Below are positions 12,587 through 25,755 of a stretch of 64,000 nt of DNA, one piece after another. The stretch is from Squalus acanthias (lineage: Eukaryota). The stretch is from NCBI GenBank assembly GCA_030390025.1, contig CM059435.1, positions 51,584,001 to 51,648,000 of the forward strand, read 5' to 3'. Under the pieces are notes generated by a model that was given only the letters and a program-made list of their open reading frames with translations, was not told the origin of the DNA and searched no databases. Position numbers and translations under genes: made by a program. Positions within the stretch are counted from its first letter, which is position 1; every line of letters begins with the position of its first letter.

Positions 12587-13554
12587 ATCTTCAATTCATT
12601 AATAGAAACATATTTTAAGAAGAAATTTCTGTTAGTGTAAAGTGCGCCATTCGTCAAACAAATGCTTGGTTGTTTCAGACTACTTTAGAGCCATGTTGAA
12701 AAGCGCTGAAGGTTCACATTAGGCCCAAATCCTGCTGTTTGTGCTCTATAAATAGATTGTTAAGTCTTTAGATTTAGACAGTTGTTTCAACTCATCAAGG
12801 ACTGCAGCTAAATTGTTACACTAGAATAACAGCTTTGAGGAAGAAAGTCAAAATGTTCTCCTGCATTTCAGCTTTACTGCTGGACAGGAATGGGGCAGTA
12901 ACGCATTGAAAATCATAGCGCAACACTTACCGCACCATTCCTGCCAACAGCCAGGGGACTGCCATTTTGGTGGGGGCCTTGAAATGGGTGGTCCAGGCAT
13001 TCGCCAGAAACAGGCGGGAGCCTCGTTAGCCTTTGCAAATCGGGGTCCTATGGCGTCAATGGACCCCGATGAAATTTTGAGGTGGCCAATGTATTATTTC
13101 CAGTGAATGTAAATTCTGTTCAGTATCCCAACTTCCTACAAAAATCATTTTATTTATGCAGCAAAATGAAAACATCATTTAATTTAAAACTAGAAAGTGA
13201 CTTTGAGGAACTGCTTGTGCACAGCTTTCAAGAATGATGGCATTCTTCTGGGGAATTCTTCTTGGACCTAAACAAAAACAAATTGTGATAGGAATCAACT
13301 GAGGAAAGTCTGGAACAAAGAATCATCCCTCCACAGACCACGTACCATTTGGCCGAGCTGGTAAATGGGTCCAATGTGAAGCGAGCACCGGAATAGGCAC
13401 GGTGGTTTAAATGGCCTCGTTCTGTGCTGAAATTTCTATGCATGCTGTGAGGACTAAACCTGAGCAGTCTCCTTGAGGGAGGAGAAACACACTCTAGCAA
13501 AACCTCTGAAACTTCTTACTGACCCAAGGTAATTAAGAAGATGAAGGATATTAA

Positions 13555-14045
13555 TCTATCCTGCAGCATGATCTCTGCTTAGCTGCATTCAAGGTTCAAA
13601 CACCGTAGAATCATGTGGTCCATACAGTGTTTGATTTCCACTTCTAATCTCTTCTTCCTAATATTTATAACCTGAATTCTATTCTTACCAACATTTATCC
13701 ATTTAAAAAAATTATATACTGCTTTTGCAAGGCATCTAGTCAACATATCCAAAGATATTCCATCAATATTCAGTCTCATTTAAGGCTCCACTCTTTAGTT
13801 GAATATTGACCTTGTCCCATATTGTTCCAGAACATTTTCCCCAGGCAGATGTTGAACTGTCTATATTCCTTTTTGTAACATGAAGATAACATTCACTGTT
13901 CTTCAAGCATCGATTACAGCACCTGTATTTATGGATCTCCTTAAAAAGAACAGCCAGAGCTTCAGAGTTTCATTGCTTAGGTTACATGGGTTCATTTCAT
14001 CCAGTCTCAGTGCCTTGTAGGTATTTAAGTCTTTGAGTTTCTTCA
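13555..14045 (-). mobile_element. Old CR1 RT fragment
   Basis: Decayed minus-strand RT segments (ISLD, RCL, KAPETG-like); many stops. Confidence 0.5.
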
Positions 14046-14094
14046 TAATCTGGTCTCTTATATCACATACACACTATATTATATTATAAATTTA

Positions 14095-14548
14095 GGTGTC
14101 AGCTGTGGCTCATTCTCGCCTCTGAATTAGAAGAGTTCAAGTACCACTCCAAAGACATGACCACAAAATGTAGGCTGACACTCCAGTGCAGTTTTGAGGG
14201 AGCGCTGCACTGTCTGAGGTGCCATCTTTCGAATGAAACGTTAAACTGAGGCCCCGTCTGCTCTTTCAGATGGATGTAAAAGAGCCAATGGCACTATTTT
14301 GAAGAAGAGCAGGGAGTTCTCCCCAGTGTCCTGGCCATTATTTATCCCTCAACCAACATCACCAATACAGATTATCTGGTCATTATCACCTTGCTGGTTG
14401 TGGGAGCTTGCTGTGCGCAAATTGGCTGCCACGTTACCTACATTACAACAGTGACTACATTTCCAAAAGTACTTGATTGGCTGTAAATCATTTTGGGATG
14501 TCCTGAGGTCGTGAAAGGAGCTAAATAAATGCAAACCTTTCTTCTTTA
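14095..14548 (+). mobile_element. Deu-domain tRNA SINE (SacSINE1-like), near full length
   Basis: Head GTCAGCTGTGGCTCA..GAGTTCAAGT, core GGATGTAAAAGAGCCAATGGCACTATTTTGAAGAAGAGCAGGGAGTTCTCCCC, L2-like tail. Confidence 0.85.
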
Positions 14549-14794
14549 TACATAATTGTGCCCTGAAAGACCCAAGGTTTGCAGCACCTCTTCTACTTTT
14601 AAAGAACCTAAAAATTGGTTTGAATGTCTGTTGCTTATAAACATTCTGCTTTATTGTTCTCTGCTTGCCTCATCTTAAAACAGTTCAGGATACCTGAAAA
14701 GAGTGCAAGTCTCACACTACTAACTGTTCTTTGTTTCTTGTATTCTATCAAATAATTCTGCTTGGCCTTCAGGTTATTCTGGACATTCTCAGTG

Positions 14795-15625
14795 AGAGAC
14801 TAGGAGCTGTAGAGGAACACGAGGATTTAGGTGCCCATGTACATAAATCACTAAAAGCTAGTGCACAGGTACAAAAAAATCATCAAAAGGGCTCATGGAA
14901 TGTTGGCCTTTATCTCAAGGGAATTGGAATTTAAAAGTGAGGAAGTGCGTTCAGTTTTGGGCACCAAACCTCAGGAAAGATATAACAACAGAAAATGCTG
15001 GAAAAACTCAGCAGGCCAGGCAGCATCCGTGGAGAGAGAAAGAGAGTTAACGTTTCAGGTCGATGACCTTTCGTCTCAGGAAAGATATATTGGCTTTACA
15101 GCGCAGATTCACCAGAAGGATACCAGGGCTTAAAGGGTTAAACTTGAAGGACAGATTACATAAACTTGCCTTGTACTCCCTTGAATTTAAAAGGTTGAGG
15201 GGTGATCTAAACGAGGTGTCTAAAATGATAAAGAGACTCGCTAAGTTGGATACAGAGAAACTATTTCCTCCAGTGGGGAAATCCAGAACAAGAGGCCACA
15301 ATCTTAAAATTAGAGCCAGGCCATTTAGGAGTGAAATCAGGAAGCACTTTTTCACACAAAGGGTAGTGGAAATCTGGAACTCTACCCATCTCCCGCTACC
15401 GCCCCCCTGCTCCCCCCCCCCCCCCCCCCGCCCCCCCCAAAGGCTGTGGATGCTGGGTGTACTCAAATTTTCAAGACGGTGATCGATAGATATTTGTTCA
15501 GTAAGGCTTTAACGAGATATGGAGCAAAGGCAGGTAAATGGAGTTGAGGTACAGATCAGCCATGATCTAACTGAATGGCTAAATAAGCTTGAGGGCTGAA
15601 TGACCTACTCCTGCTTCGATGTTCT
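14795..15625 (+). mobile_element. CR1 LINE 3' fragment with a PLE insert
   Basis: ORF 15063-15482: RRFTR.IPGL...RLRGDL.EV.K...RTRGH..K....F....RKHFFTQRVV..WN is the CR1 ORF2 C-terminus. Confidence 0.9.
14985..15074 (-). mobile_element. 90-bp Penelope-like element terminal fragment
   Basis: 15-bp TSD CTCAGGAAAGATATA (14970-14984, 15075-15089); the minus strand holds a partial hammerhead (GACGA-A-AGGTC-ATC-GACCT-GAAA-CGT-T); homologous to 47598-47740. Confidence 0.8.
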
Positions 15626-15654
15626 CATTCCGCCACTGTAGCCTTGGTCTTGTT

Positions 15655-15965
15655 GAATTGGGTTAAACTTCCTTACAGAGACAGGAAGAATCTACCTTAT
15701 ACAAAAAGAAATAACCTTCCCTGTAGATGTAACACTAAATTGCCTTAGAGAAAAGGATAGCCCTTTTGTATGAGAAAGGGGTAGTCTTCCTTATAGCCAT
15801 CGAGATATTATGTGAATGGTCAGTCTTACCAGCATTCATAGAAGTTTCTACAAGTTATTGGCTGGAAGCTATAGACTGCTAGCTACAGAGATAGGGATAC
15901 AATTCTTCATAGAGAAAGGGTTAAACTTCCTTATAGAAATTGGGATAACCTTTCTCATAAACTGT
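15655..15965. repeat. Degenerate ~23-bp minisatellite (approx. AGGGATAAACTTCCTTATAGAGA)
   Basis: Recurrent GGGTTAAACTTCCTTA(T/C)AGA and GGGATAACCTTTCTCATA units, with an interruption. Confidence 0.6.
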
Positions 15966-16744
15966 CTATTCACATCTCTTAAAATACTATTAAAAATGGT
16001 TTTTGTCCTTATTTACTGGTTCACATCTGAATACCAGAATTGAGACTTCAAACAATTAATTGTTCTTCTGAAAGTCTTGTTGTATTCTGCTAGCTCAGCC
16101 CCTGTCGCTTTAGAATGAACACGCTCTACTAGCTTCTGCTTACATCTCACTTTAACTTGTACAAGTCACTGTACATCCTACAATCCTCTTTTCCCGAATC
16201 ATATTTCTGGCTTCCCGTGTTAGGGAATCTGCCAACATCAATGTCTGTTAACCACTTTTGCTCTTATGAATCTCAAACTGTTGCAAACATAAAAGTAACA
16301 GCATGGTTAGAACACTCAAAATAACGTGTATTCTCAAGTAATATACCCACTGAACCCTACTAACTCCAGGAAGTTAAAAGATATAACATATAACATGCCG
16401 TTAACGTATGCAGCAAGAACCAGGAAAGCAAAGTTTTTCTTTAAAATGAATCATGCACCACTCACAGGCCCCCTTTCCTCCAACATCGTGAACAATTGTG
16501 AATGATGTACACTTTTTAGGGCAAACAAATTTGCGAATGGACCAGTCACTCACAAGGGCCGAATAATTCAGTCCAAACAAGATCGCTGCACATTTAAGTC
16601 CTGTGGCTGCAGGATGCTCAGTTGATGGAGATTTATGTATTTATCAGACTGCTGGATGAGATATTGCGCAAAAACAGAAGGGATTTGAGCCCACTCCAAC
16701 CCACTCAAGTGAGCTGTCTGACAGTTGATCAGAGTGCGGCATAA

Positions 16745-17940
16745 AGAGGAGATTTACTAGAATGGTACCAGGGATGAAAATTATGAGGTCTTTTAATAGA
16801 GTAAATAAGGAGAAACTGTTTCCACTGGCAGAAGGGTCAGTGAACAGAGGGCCCAGATTTAAGGTAATTGGCAATAAAATCAGAGGCAAGATGAGAATTT
16901 TTTTTTTTTACGCAGTGAGTTGCTATGATCTGGAATGCACTGTCTGCAAGGGTGGTGGAAGGAGATTCAATAGTAACTTTCAAAAGGGAATTGGATAAAT
17001 ACTTGAAAAGGAAAAATAAATTGCAGGGCTATAGGGAAAGAGCACGGGATTTCTGGACAAGCAGGTTTTCCTCCAACTAAATATTGCGAAAACCAAAGCC
17101 ATTGTCTTTAGTCCCCGCCACAAATACCATTCCCTAACCCCCGATCCCATCCCTCTCCCTGCCTGGCCACTGTCTGAGGCTGAACAGACTGTTCGCAACC
17201 TTGGAGTCATATCTGACCCCGAGATGAGCCTCCAACCACATATCCACACCATCACCAAGACCACCTACTTCCATCTCCGTAACATCGCTCATCTGCTGCT
17301 GAAACCCTCATCCATGCCTTTGTTACCTCTAGACTTGACTATTCCAACGCACTCCTGGCTGGCAGCCTATCTCCATGAACTTTAACTCATCCAAAACTCT
17401 GCTGCCTGTATCCTAACTCGCACCAAATCCCGTTCACCCATCACCCTTTGCTCAGTGGCCTACATTGGCTCCCGCAATGCCTCAATTTTAAATTATCATC
17501 CTCATCATCAAATCCCTCCATGGTCTTGCCCCACCCTACCTCTGTAACCTCCTCCAGCCCTACAACCTTCTGAGAACTCTGCGCTCCTCCAATTCTGGCC
17601 TCTGATACATCCTGATTTTAATCACTCCAATATTGGCGGCCGTGCCTTCAGCTGCCTGGGCCCTAAGCTCTGGATTTCCCTCCCTAAACCTCTCCGCTTC
17701 TCCACCTCTCTCTTCTCCTTTAAGACGCTTCTTAAACTTACCTGTCCTAATAGTTCCCTATGTGGCTGTCAAATTTTGTCTGATAACGCTCCTGTGAAAT
17801 GCCTTGAGACATTTTACTACGTTAAAGGTGCTATATAAATGTCAGTACTTGTTGATGTTGATTGAGAGAGCTATCCAATTAGTCCCAGAGGCACCGTGGG
17901 CTGAATGGCCTCCTTCTGTGCTGTATAATTCTATGATCCA
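16745..17940 (+). mobile_element. CR1 3' fragment interrupted by an L2 3' fragment (~17055-17860)
   Basis: CR1 KEKLFPLAEGSV at 16.8 kb and CR1 tail GGGCTGAATGGCCTCCTTCTGTGCTG at 17.9 kb; between them L2 motifs (FLQLNIAKT, SRLDYSNALL, LHWLP) and the L2 tail AAAGGTGCTATATAAATG. Confidence 0.85.
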
Positions 17941-18719
17941 ATGACCATTATAGAAAGGTCCACGAGCTAAATTATCTCCCATTATCACAACCCCATCACT
18001 GTTAGTGGTCAAATAAAGAGAAAATTAACAGGAGGGAGAATTAAAAACCTATACCTATTTGCATCCTAAAGCAATTCAAACTGTTGTAGCTAGTTTGCAA
18101 GTCATGTCCAATTATCATTTACTAGCACAGGAACCAACTGTGCAGATGTAGGTATGACCAAACCTTAGATGTGACTAGAAATGCAATGTTATGTATAAAT
18201 GTGAGACAGATTGTAGTTTAGCCATTTTTGTGAAAAACTGGAAACAAATTTACATTTGATAGAACAAATTTTGACAGCAGAATTAACATGCAATTAGTAA
18301 CAAAAAGCCTGGCGTGAGGAATTGGTCCTAATTTGAAAAGAATTTATCGGAGCAGATTTCCAGCTATTTCTAATCTGTTTACAGCTGGGAGCCATTCAAC
18401 ATCCCAGATTTTTAAAAATGTACACACTTGATTAACAGCTATTTAGCACTGTTACAGAATCTCTCACAAAAAGAGCACCAAATTATCAAGCACCGCCAAA
18501 TGCATAGACCAGACTTCACAGGCACAGACCTCAGAGGTTTATCCGGTACATAATGTCATTTAGCACATCTGTCTTCAGGATTGTCAGCTGTGGCTCAGTG
18601 GTGGCACCCTCAGTACTGCCAGCTTAGATTATGTGCTCAAGTCTCTGGAGTGGGGCTTGAACTCGCAACCTTCTGATTTAAAGGCAAGAATGTTCCCACT
18701 GAGAAAAGGATGACGTAAT

Positions 18720-19560
18720 GGCCCAGAATTTACGGTTGTAATGACGGCGAAACTGTCACTGTTCGCCGTCATTACTGGGTAAAACTGACAGCAACTTCTG
18801 ACGTCTGCACAGGCGCAGTTAAATGCGAAAATCCGGAAGATGCGGTCAGTGATACCCTGCTCCTCCACAGGGTGCATTGTTGCAGTCTTCGCAGAAGCAA
18901 TCAACACAGAATCAGTGATTAGATGGGAAATTCAACTTTTTACGCAATATTCTCACTGATAAAACCATTGTAAAAGTTGAGCCTTGTTGAATGAAGTGTA
19001 ACTGAGTTTTTAATTTAGTGCTAAGTCATAATTACTGCTGAGCAACCTCTCTGGCTCTGAAAAACTAAGGGCTGGATTTTGCCAATGGGGAGCTTTTGGA
19101 GGCGGGACTCCCACTCGTCGGGTCTCAGTCCCGCCTCCATCAACTTCTGGCCAACCCACGCTATTTTCCCTTGATTGACCTTGTTAAGCCCGCCTAGCAG
19201 GCCAATTAAGGGAAAGCCGGTTGCAGAGAACGTCAACGTATAACGTTTCATCTGTCGAAAATTTTGGACAGATGAATTGTCATCGTTTGACAGCTCTGTG
19301 AAGCCATCAAACACTGACATCCTCTGTAGTTTGATGGGTTCTTGAATTCAAGACCTCATTGATCCCAGGCGAGGGCTGCGGAGGATCAGGCTTGGCTGAG
19401 GTGAATTTTTGTGGGGGCAGGAGGTTTCTCCTCATCCCACAAGAATCATTGACTAACCATTTTCTGAACTTTCCTTGAGCAGCCTGCAGCAGTCCATATA
19501 AGGACCACTGGTTAAGCCGCTCAACGCCAAGTACCAATGTGCGGAGCATGCACAGCACAG
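18720..19560 (+). mobile_element. Two abutting Harbinger-type MITE left portions (family C from 18720; family D from 19069)
   Basis: The GGCCCAGAATTT-started element is homologous to 58728/61071-61400; the GGGCTGGATTTTGCCAATGGGGAG start is nearly identical to 20881. Right ends not found. Confidence 0.65.
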
Positions 19561-19759
19561 GCTATTGGTTTTATTATGGGTATAAAGCCCATTGTCATAG
19601 GACACTATTTGGAAGAGATAGTCCATAGACACAGCGACACAAATCCTTCTGAGCTCTGGTTATAGTGTAGAACAAAACAAGAAAACTCAATTGATATCAG
19701 CTGCCTCGTTACCTTATCCAGCAATCAAAGCAACAACTTTCATTTATCTAGAACTCTTA

Positions 19760-20656
19760 GGGGGAGAAATTCAGTATCGCCCCATTTGGGGCGCAATTAT
19801 CGGCCAGGCGCAAAGATTAGCGCCTGGCGCAAATTATCGCCACCGACTGCAAACTTGACTTTTATCGCCCCTGGAGATGATTGGAGCGCTAAATCAGGCG
19901 CTACACACCTGTCTTAAGGCGCAAAGGCCGAGGAGCGAGGCGCTACCTCAGAGCGCTGGCGAAGCTCATGTAATGTCAGTCAGCAATGGAACACACACAC
20001 AATGGCACGGGCCAGTTCTTAAAGGGGATGGTTAATCTTGCTTTCCATCCACATCCTGCTCATTGCAGCCTTGAATCTCGGCCTGGAGAGACCTGCACAT
20101 CAAATCTGCTGGAAAGAACAATGGAGAGTACCAGGCAAAGAGCTCAGAGTGCAGCCCCCACAGTCTCTTCTAAATCGATACAAGGAATGGCAAATCAAAA
20201 TGAACCTGCAAAGTGCTGCTCAGTACCCAAAACTCCTTCACACAACGTTAAATCTCTCCAAAAGTCTCTCTCTCTCTCTCTCTCTCAGAATGCGTAGTTC
20301 AAAAATGGAACCAACAATAAAAGGCAGGAAGCGGTCACCTTTAAATAGCGCTCCCCCTTTCCCTTCATGACTGCAGAACGCTCCCCTCAACCTGTCGTTG
20401 CTAGCGTCAGGCGGTAAGGCAGGGGGCGCCACTCAATATCCGCTCCGGGGCGATACCGGGGCGTTGCGCACTCGACTGACGTCACGATCTGCCGGCGCAG
20501 GAGATCGTGGCGGTAGTGTTTAGTGCCGCCGCAAAATCTCTAGTTAATTTCGCGAGCTGCGCAAACTTCGCCGCACCTGGGCACTAGATGCTTTGCGCCC
20601 CATTAGCGCCCTCTTAAGGCGCTAACGGGAGGCGCAACCAACTGAACTTTTCCCCC
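19760..20656 (+). mobile_element. Harbinger-type MITE, family B
   Basis: 16-bp TIR GGGGGAGAAATTCAGT / ACTGAACTTTTCCCCC with TTA TSD (19757-19759, 20657-20659), the classic PIF/Harbinger target; inserted in a minus-strand L2 tail. Confidence 0.9.
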
Positions 20657-20880
20657 TTAATGTGGAAAAAGATCCCAAAACGCTTCCCGAAAGAGTAATC
20701 AAAAGATGGACATTGAGCCGAATAAGGACGCATTAGGAGCGGTGATCAAAAACATGGCCTGAGGTGGGTTTTAAAGGAAGAGAGGAAAGTGAATAGAAAG
20801 AGGGGCTTAGGGAGGGAATTCCAGAGCATGGGGCCTAGATGGCTGAAGGCACAGCCACCAAATCACTCCCGAAAAACTGA

Positions 20881-21516
20881 GGGCTGGATTTGCCAATGGG
20901 GAGCTTTTGGAGGCGGGACTCCCACTTGTCGGGTTTTAGTCCCACCTCCATCGACTTCTGGCCAAGACTCATCAAACCTATCTGCTGAGCAGAAATCAGA
21001 TGGCTGTTGCATCGGAGAATGCAGCAGCCATCTGTCATCTCTGCCGGTGAGATGCGGGAGTCTCCGGTTCCCCAACGGTTAAGCCTGCAGGAAGAAACAA
21101 AGGTAAGTAAACATTTTCTATCACTTTAAACTCACCTCACATACTTACCTCTCCACACTTGCACCCATCACTCACCTCTACAGCGCACTTTAGGACCCCT
21201 CCGACCCCCGCAGAGCCACTGCTCGCCTCGCTGACACTGGCAGGATTTCCCGACATCGGGAGGCTCGCACTTGCAGGGGTACAATTGGGATAATCCTCTT
21301 AACTGCCTGTTAACTACCTGTTAACAAGCAGTTAAGTGGCTGTAATCCCCTTCCCGCCTCGGGGAGGCGGCTCCCAGCGCGGGTCGGGTATCTGCCTCCT
21401 AGGAAGATGGCACGGAGGCGGGTTGGGGGCAGAATGGGCACCCGCCCCCAGATTCTGCCATTTTCCCAGCAGTCCCGCCTCCAAACCCGCCTCCCCAGAA
21501 CTGGCAAAATTCCCCC
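20881..21516 (+). mobile_element. Harbinger-type MITE, family D
   Basis: Ends GGGCTGGATTTGCCA / TGGCAAAATTCCCCC; subterminal GGAGGCGGG/CCCGCCTCC repeats; TSD ambiguous (GAG or TGA/CGA). Confidence 0.75.
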
Positions 21517-21607
21517 GAGTTCACCAAAATCAGGTTTGCATTATGGTGTTGAAGTTTATCTTTATTTCTGCTTCTGCTGTTATTAAATAACTATTTTAAT
21601 AAATAAT

Positions 21608-22360
21608 GGGCCAAAAATTCAGCACTTGCCGGGTGAGTACGCGCTGTGTACTCACCCGTAAGGCTCCTGAAGTGCCGGTTTCCTGCATGCACTGCGCATG
21701 CACGGGAAACCGGAACTTCTGGTCTCGTGAAGGGCGGGGTTCAGAGGTGAACCGTGTGCGCGGGAGAGGCAGCGAACTTAGGTTTTTTTTCAGGTTTCTC
21801 TGGGAAGGTAAGTATGGAAGAAGCTGCGCTTTTAAAAAGGAGGCGCAAGGCTTGTTTTTAACGAGGTAAGTGGTTAATTAATTACAATTTAAAAAAAATT
21901 TCAACAGGCTTATCTTTTTTAGATACTTTAAAGAAAGGTAAGTTTATTTTTAGCACTGTTAAAAAGTATTTTAATTTTTTCAAAAATTAAATTTTTGTTT
22001 AAAGTAGTTAATTTATTTAACTTATAGTTATTTTAAAAATGTGATGCTTTTTAAAAAAAATTATTTGAAGTTTAGGTGTTGTTTTGGGGCCGATTTCAAT
22101 TCATAGATTTGACAGGTCTTCCTGTCAAATCTATGAATGAAAGATGGCCTGCTGCCATTGGCTCTCCATGGCCCACGTGATTCCAGGGGACGCATCGCAC
22201 TAACTACGCCCCTGGGATACACAAGCACTGCGCGCCGGCAGCTGCAGGAGGCCCAGGAGCTGAAGTCTCCGTGGGCCCAGAGGTCAACGGCAGGCGCGGT
22301 AGGTAGGTGCGCGCGCGATCCTTGCACCCGCGGGAAGCCAGGGAGCCGAATTTCTGGGCC
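21608..22360 (+). mobile_element. Harbinger-type MITE, family A, copy 2
   Basis: TIRs GGGCCAAAAATTC / GAATTTCTGGGCC; TSD AAT (21605-21607, 22361-22363); colinear with 5931-6694. Confidence 0.9.
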
Positions 22361-22934
22361 AATGTTTTAATATGTCCAGAAAAGCTTCTGTATTAGTGAG
22401 CTCATAAAATTATGTGTAAACAATCAGAGAAAGATGCTTGTTGCTTAGCAACCTTTCAAAGTTTGGACAAACACTGATCTGAAATATGAATGGGGATTCT
22501 CAAAATGCACCAACTCACATTAAGGTATGCAAAGGCTATTTTAAATGTTCTGTATCTTTCAGCGTGTTGATTGAAAAGACTGGAGCCATGCATAATGTGA
22601 GTGGTGTCAGGGTGGGATTTGTGGGATCTAGTCAGCTTGTGCTGAGCATAGTGAAATAAATGTCGGAGAAATTAAAGCCACTAGTAGATAGGGGCACATG
22701 GCTTGGCCAGCTAGCTAGGGTAATTTGCCTAGTAATGGTTCAGTTAGGTAAACCGAACTGGTTTCTGTAAATCACCAAAGGACAGTCCCCAGTCAAGAAG
22801 TCACCAATGGCCTTCCCAGTTACATAGAATCAGTGCAACCCATACAGACGATGAAAATGTAGAGAATTACGAATCGGAATGTCCTAAAAAAAAGTGAAAG
22901 AGAGAACTATATGGGTTTTATACCCACAATAAAA

Positions 22935-23455
22935 CCAATGGCAACTTACACTTATATAGTGCCTTTAACACAGCAAAATATCCAAAGGTGTTATGTAAGA
23001 TGGGGACAAGGGAAATCCAGACACCAAGCAGAGATTGGGACAAGAATTCGGGGTGACTGAAGGGAAGGTTAAACAGGTAGGTTTTCAGGAGCCTTTCAAA
23101 AGGTGAGAATAGATGTAACAAAATGGAGCATTTTAGGAAGAGAGCTCCATGGAACAGGACTGTGATGACTAAAGGCTCTGCCACCCACTGTGGCAGCACA
23201 GTGAGAGGTGGGGAAGGGGGGCAGGGGAGGGGGGAAAGAGATTCACAGTACTCCAGAATTAGGTGATTTAGGATTGGAGCAGAGTGTTTCAGAGGTAGGC
23301 TAGAGCGAGACCATGGAGAGATTTGCGGACAAGGATATTGAAGTCAATACATCGGAAGATGGGGAATTCATCTAGGTTGGCAAGGAGAGAGGTGATAAGT
23401 AAGCATGATTTAGTGTGGTGCAGGATGTGAACAGCATAGTTCTGCATGAGTTAAG
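22935..23455 (-). mobile_element. Old L2 3' fragment
   Basis: Reverse-complement L2 tail (CAACTTACACTTATATAGTGCCTTTAAC) and an LLKTYLF motif. Confidence 0.65.
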
Positions 23456-25716
23456 TACTTTGTGCAATTTTGGGTGCTCCATTATAGAAAGGATATTAAA
23501 GCCATCGAGTGCATATAGTGTAGATTCAACAGGATGTTGTCAGGGATGAGAAACTATAGTAATAAGGGGAAATTGAGTTACTGGGACTCATTAAGCTGAC
23601 TGGTCTATCGTTCCCTGGACATATTCTATCTCCCTTCTTAAATATAGGTATTATGTTAGCTATCCGCCAGTCCTCTGGCACAACACCTTGTTCTAACGAA
23701 TTATTAAATGTGTAGTAATGCCTCTGCTATCTCTTCCCTAGATTCTTTTAAAATGCGCGGATGTAATCCATCCGGACATGTGGTTTTATCTTCTTTGAGT
23801 TTGATTAGTTTATTTAATATATTTTCTCTTATTTTAAATGCAGTTATCTCATTACTAATCTTATCATCCAATGCCATGTCCAACTGTTCTATCTCCCTGG
23901 TAAATACTGAAGCAAAGTCATTATTTAATATTTCTACTATCTCTCTATCACACTGCCTGTGGTATTATTCTGTCTATCCCTCAGTGGTCCTATTCCCATC
24001 CCGACCTTCCTTTTTTTATTTATGTGCCTGTAAAATATTTTACAATTTTGTTTTATGTTCCTTGATAATTTAATTTCATAGTCCCTCCTTGCCTTCCTAA
24101 TTGTTTTTTTGACTTCTCTTCTAATCTCTTTGTACTCTCCCTTATCATGCTCTCCCCTGCTGCCCATGTACTTAATGTATGCCTCTTTCCTTACCCTCAA
24201 TTTTTCCTTTATGGCTTTATTCATCCATGGTATCTCATTAGTGTTTAGCTTGTTCTTGTTTTTTAGCAGAATATATTTTTCCTGGATTCTGTTGAATACC
24301 GTTTTAAATGTTTCCCCTTGCTGTTCTATGTCATTGTTTGCCAATATTGTTATCCATTTTATTTTCCCAAGTTCTTTTCTCAGCCCTTCAAAATAAGCTT
24401 TTCTCCAATCTATTACCCTGGTCTTCGTTATACTTATGTCCTTCTCAATTATTATCTTAAAGCGTATTATATTATGGTCACTGTTGCCTCGATGGCCCCC
24501 TACTTTTACTTACCCTATCTGCTCTGGTTCATTCCCCTTTATTCGATCCAGTAGCAAATCCTCCCTTGTTGGGCTTTTTACATATTGGGTTAGAAAGGAG
24601 TCCTGTACACATTGTAAGAACTCCATTCCCTTATCCCCTTTACCTACCTCTTCTGTCCAATTAATATCGGGGTCGCTGAAATCCCCCATGATTATTATTC
24701 TATGTTTTTTACTCATTTCCCTAATTTGTTTGCAATTTTCTTCCTCCACCTCCCTTCCACTATTAGGTGGTCTGTAGACCAGCCCTATTGGTGTGTTTTA
24801 TCCTTTATTATCTTTTATCTCTATCCACATGGATTCTATTTCTGTCTTGCTGATAGCTGCGTCACTTTTTTCTACTGCCATTATGTTATCCCTAATAAGT
24901 ACAGGTACTCCACCCTAATAAGTACAGGTACTCCACCTCCCCTTTTTCCCTCTCTAACTTTTCTAAATATGTTATACCCTGCAATGTTTAATTCCGAGTC
25001 CTGATTTTTCTGTAGCCATGTCTCAGTAATCCCTATGATGTCTGGTTCCTCACAACGCATGATTGCCTCCAGCTTCCCTATTTTATTACGGACACTGTGT
25101 GCATTGCTGTACAGACAGCTTAACTCATTTTTAATAGCAGGGCCTCTCACTTTATTTTTAACCATCTTTTTAGACTCCTGTTCTATAACTCAATTTATTC
25201 CCTGGCCATCAATGTCCTCCCTCACTTTATTCTTTCCTATTCTCTCCTTTACTGTTTTGTTTATATTTAGGCTGGTTTCATTTCTTGTAGACCCCTCCCC
25301 CCGTCTTACTAGTTTAAAGCCTTTGCCACCTCCCTATTTACCCTTTCTGCTAGGACACAGGTCCCATCCCGGTTCAGGTGGAGCCTGTCCCATCGGTACA
25401 GCTCCTTCCTGTCCCAGTACTAGTACCAGTGTCCCATGAAAAGGAACTCCTCTTTCCCACACCAGCCCTTTAGCCATGTGTTAATTCTCCTGATCTGACT
25501 GCTTCTATGCCAATTTGCACGTGGTTCAGGCAATAATCCAGAGATTATTACCCTTGAGGTCCTGCTTTTTAATTTAGCCCCTGACTCCTGATACTCCCTC
25601 AGCAGGACCTCCTCCCTGTTTCTACTTATGATGTGGAGATGCCGGCGTTGGACTGGGGTGGACAAAAATGAGAAGTCGCACAACACCAGGTTATAGTCCA
25701 ACAGATTTATTTAATT

Positions 25717-25755
25717 TTACAAGCTTTCGGAACAGTTTGCTCCTTCGTCAGGTAA
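25717..25755 (-). ncRNA. Minimal type I hammerhead ribozyme motif (PLE type)
   Basis: TTAC-CTGACGA-A-GGAGC-AAACT-GTTCC-GAAA-GCT-T-GTAA on the minus strand. Confidence 0.75.

Noticed and set aside
24890-24937. Tandem duplication CCCTAATAAGTACAGGTACTCCA
   Set aside because: Ordinary 23-bp slippage duplication within a dead CR1.
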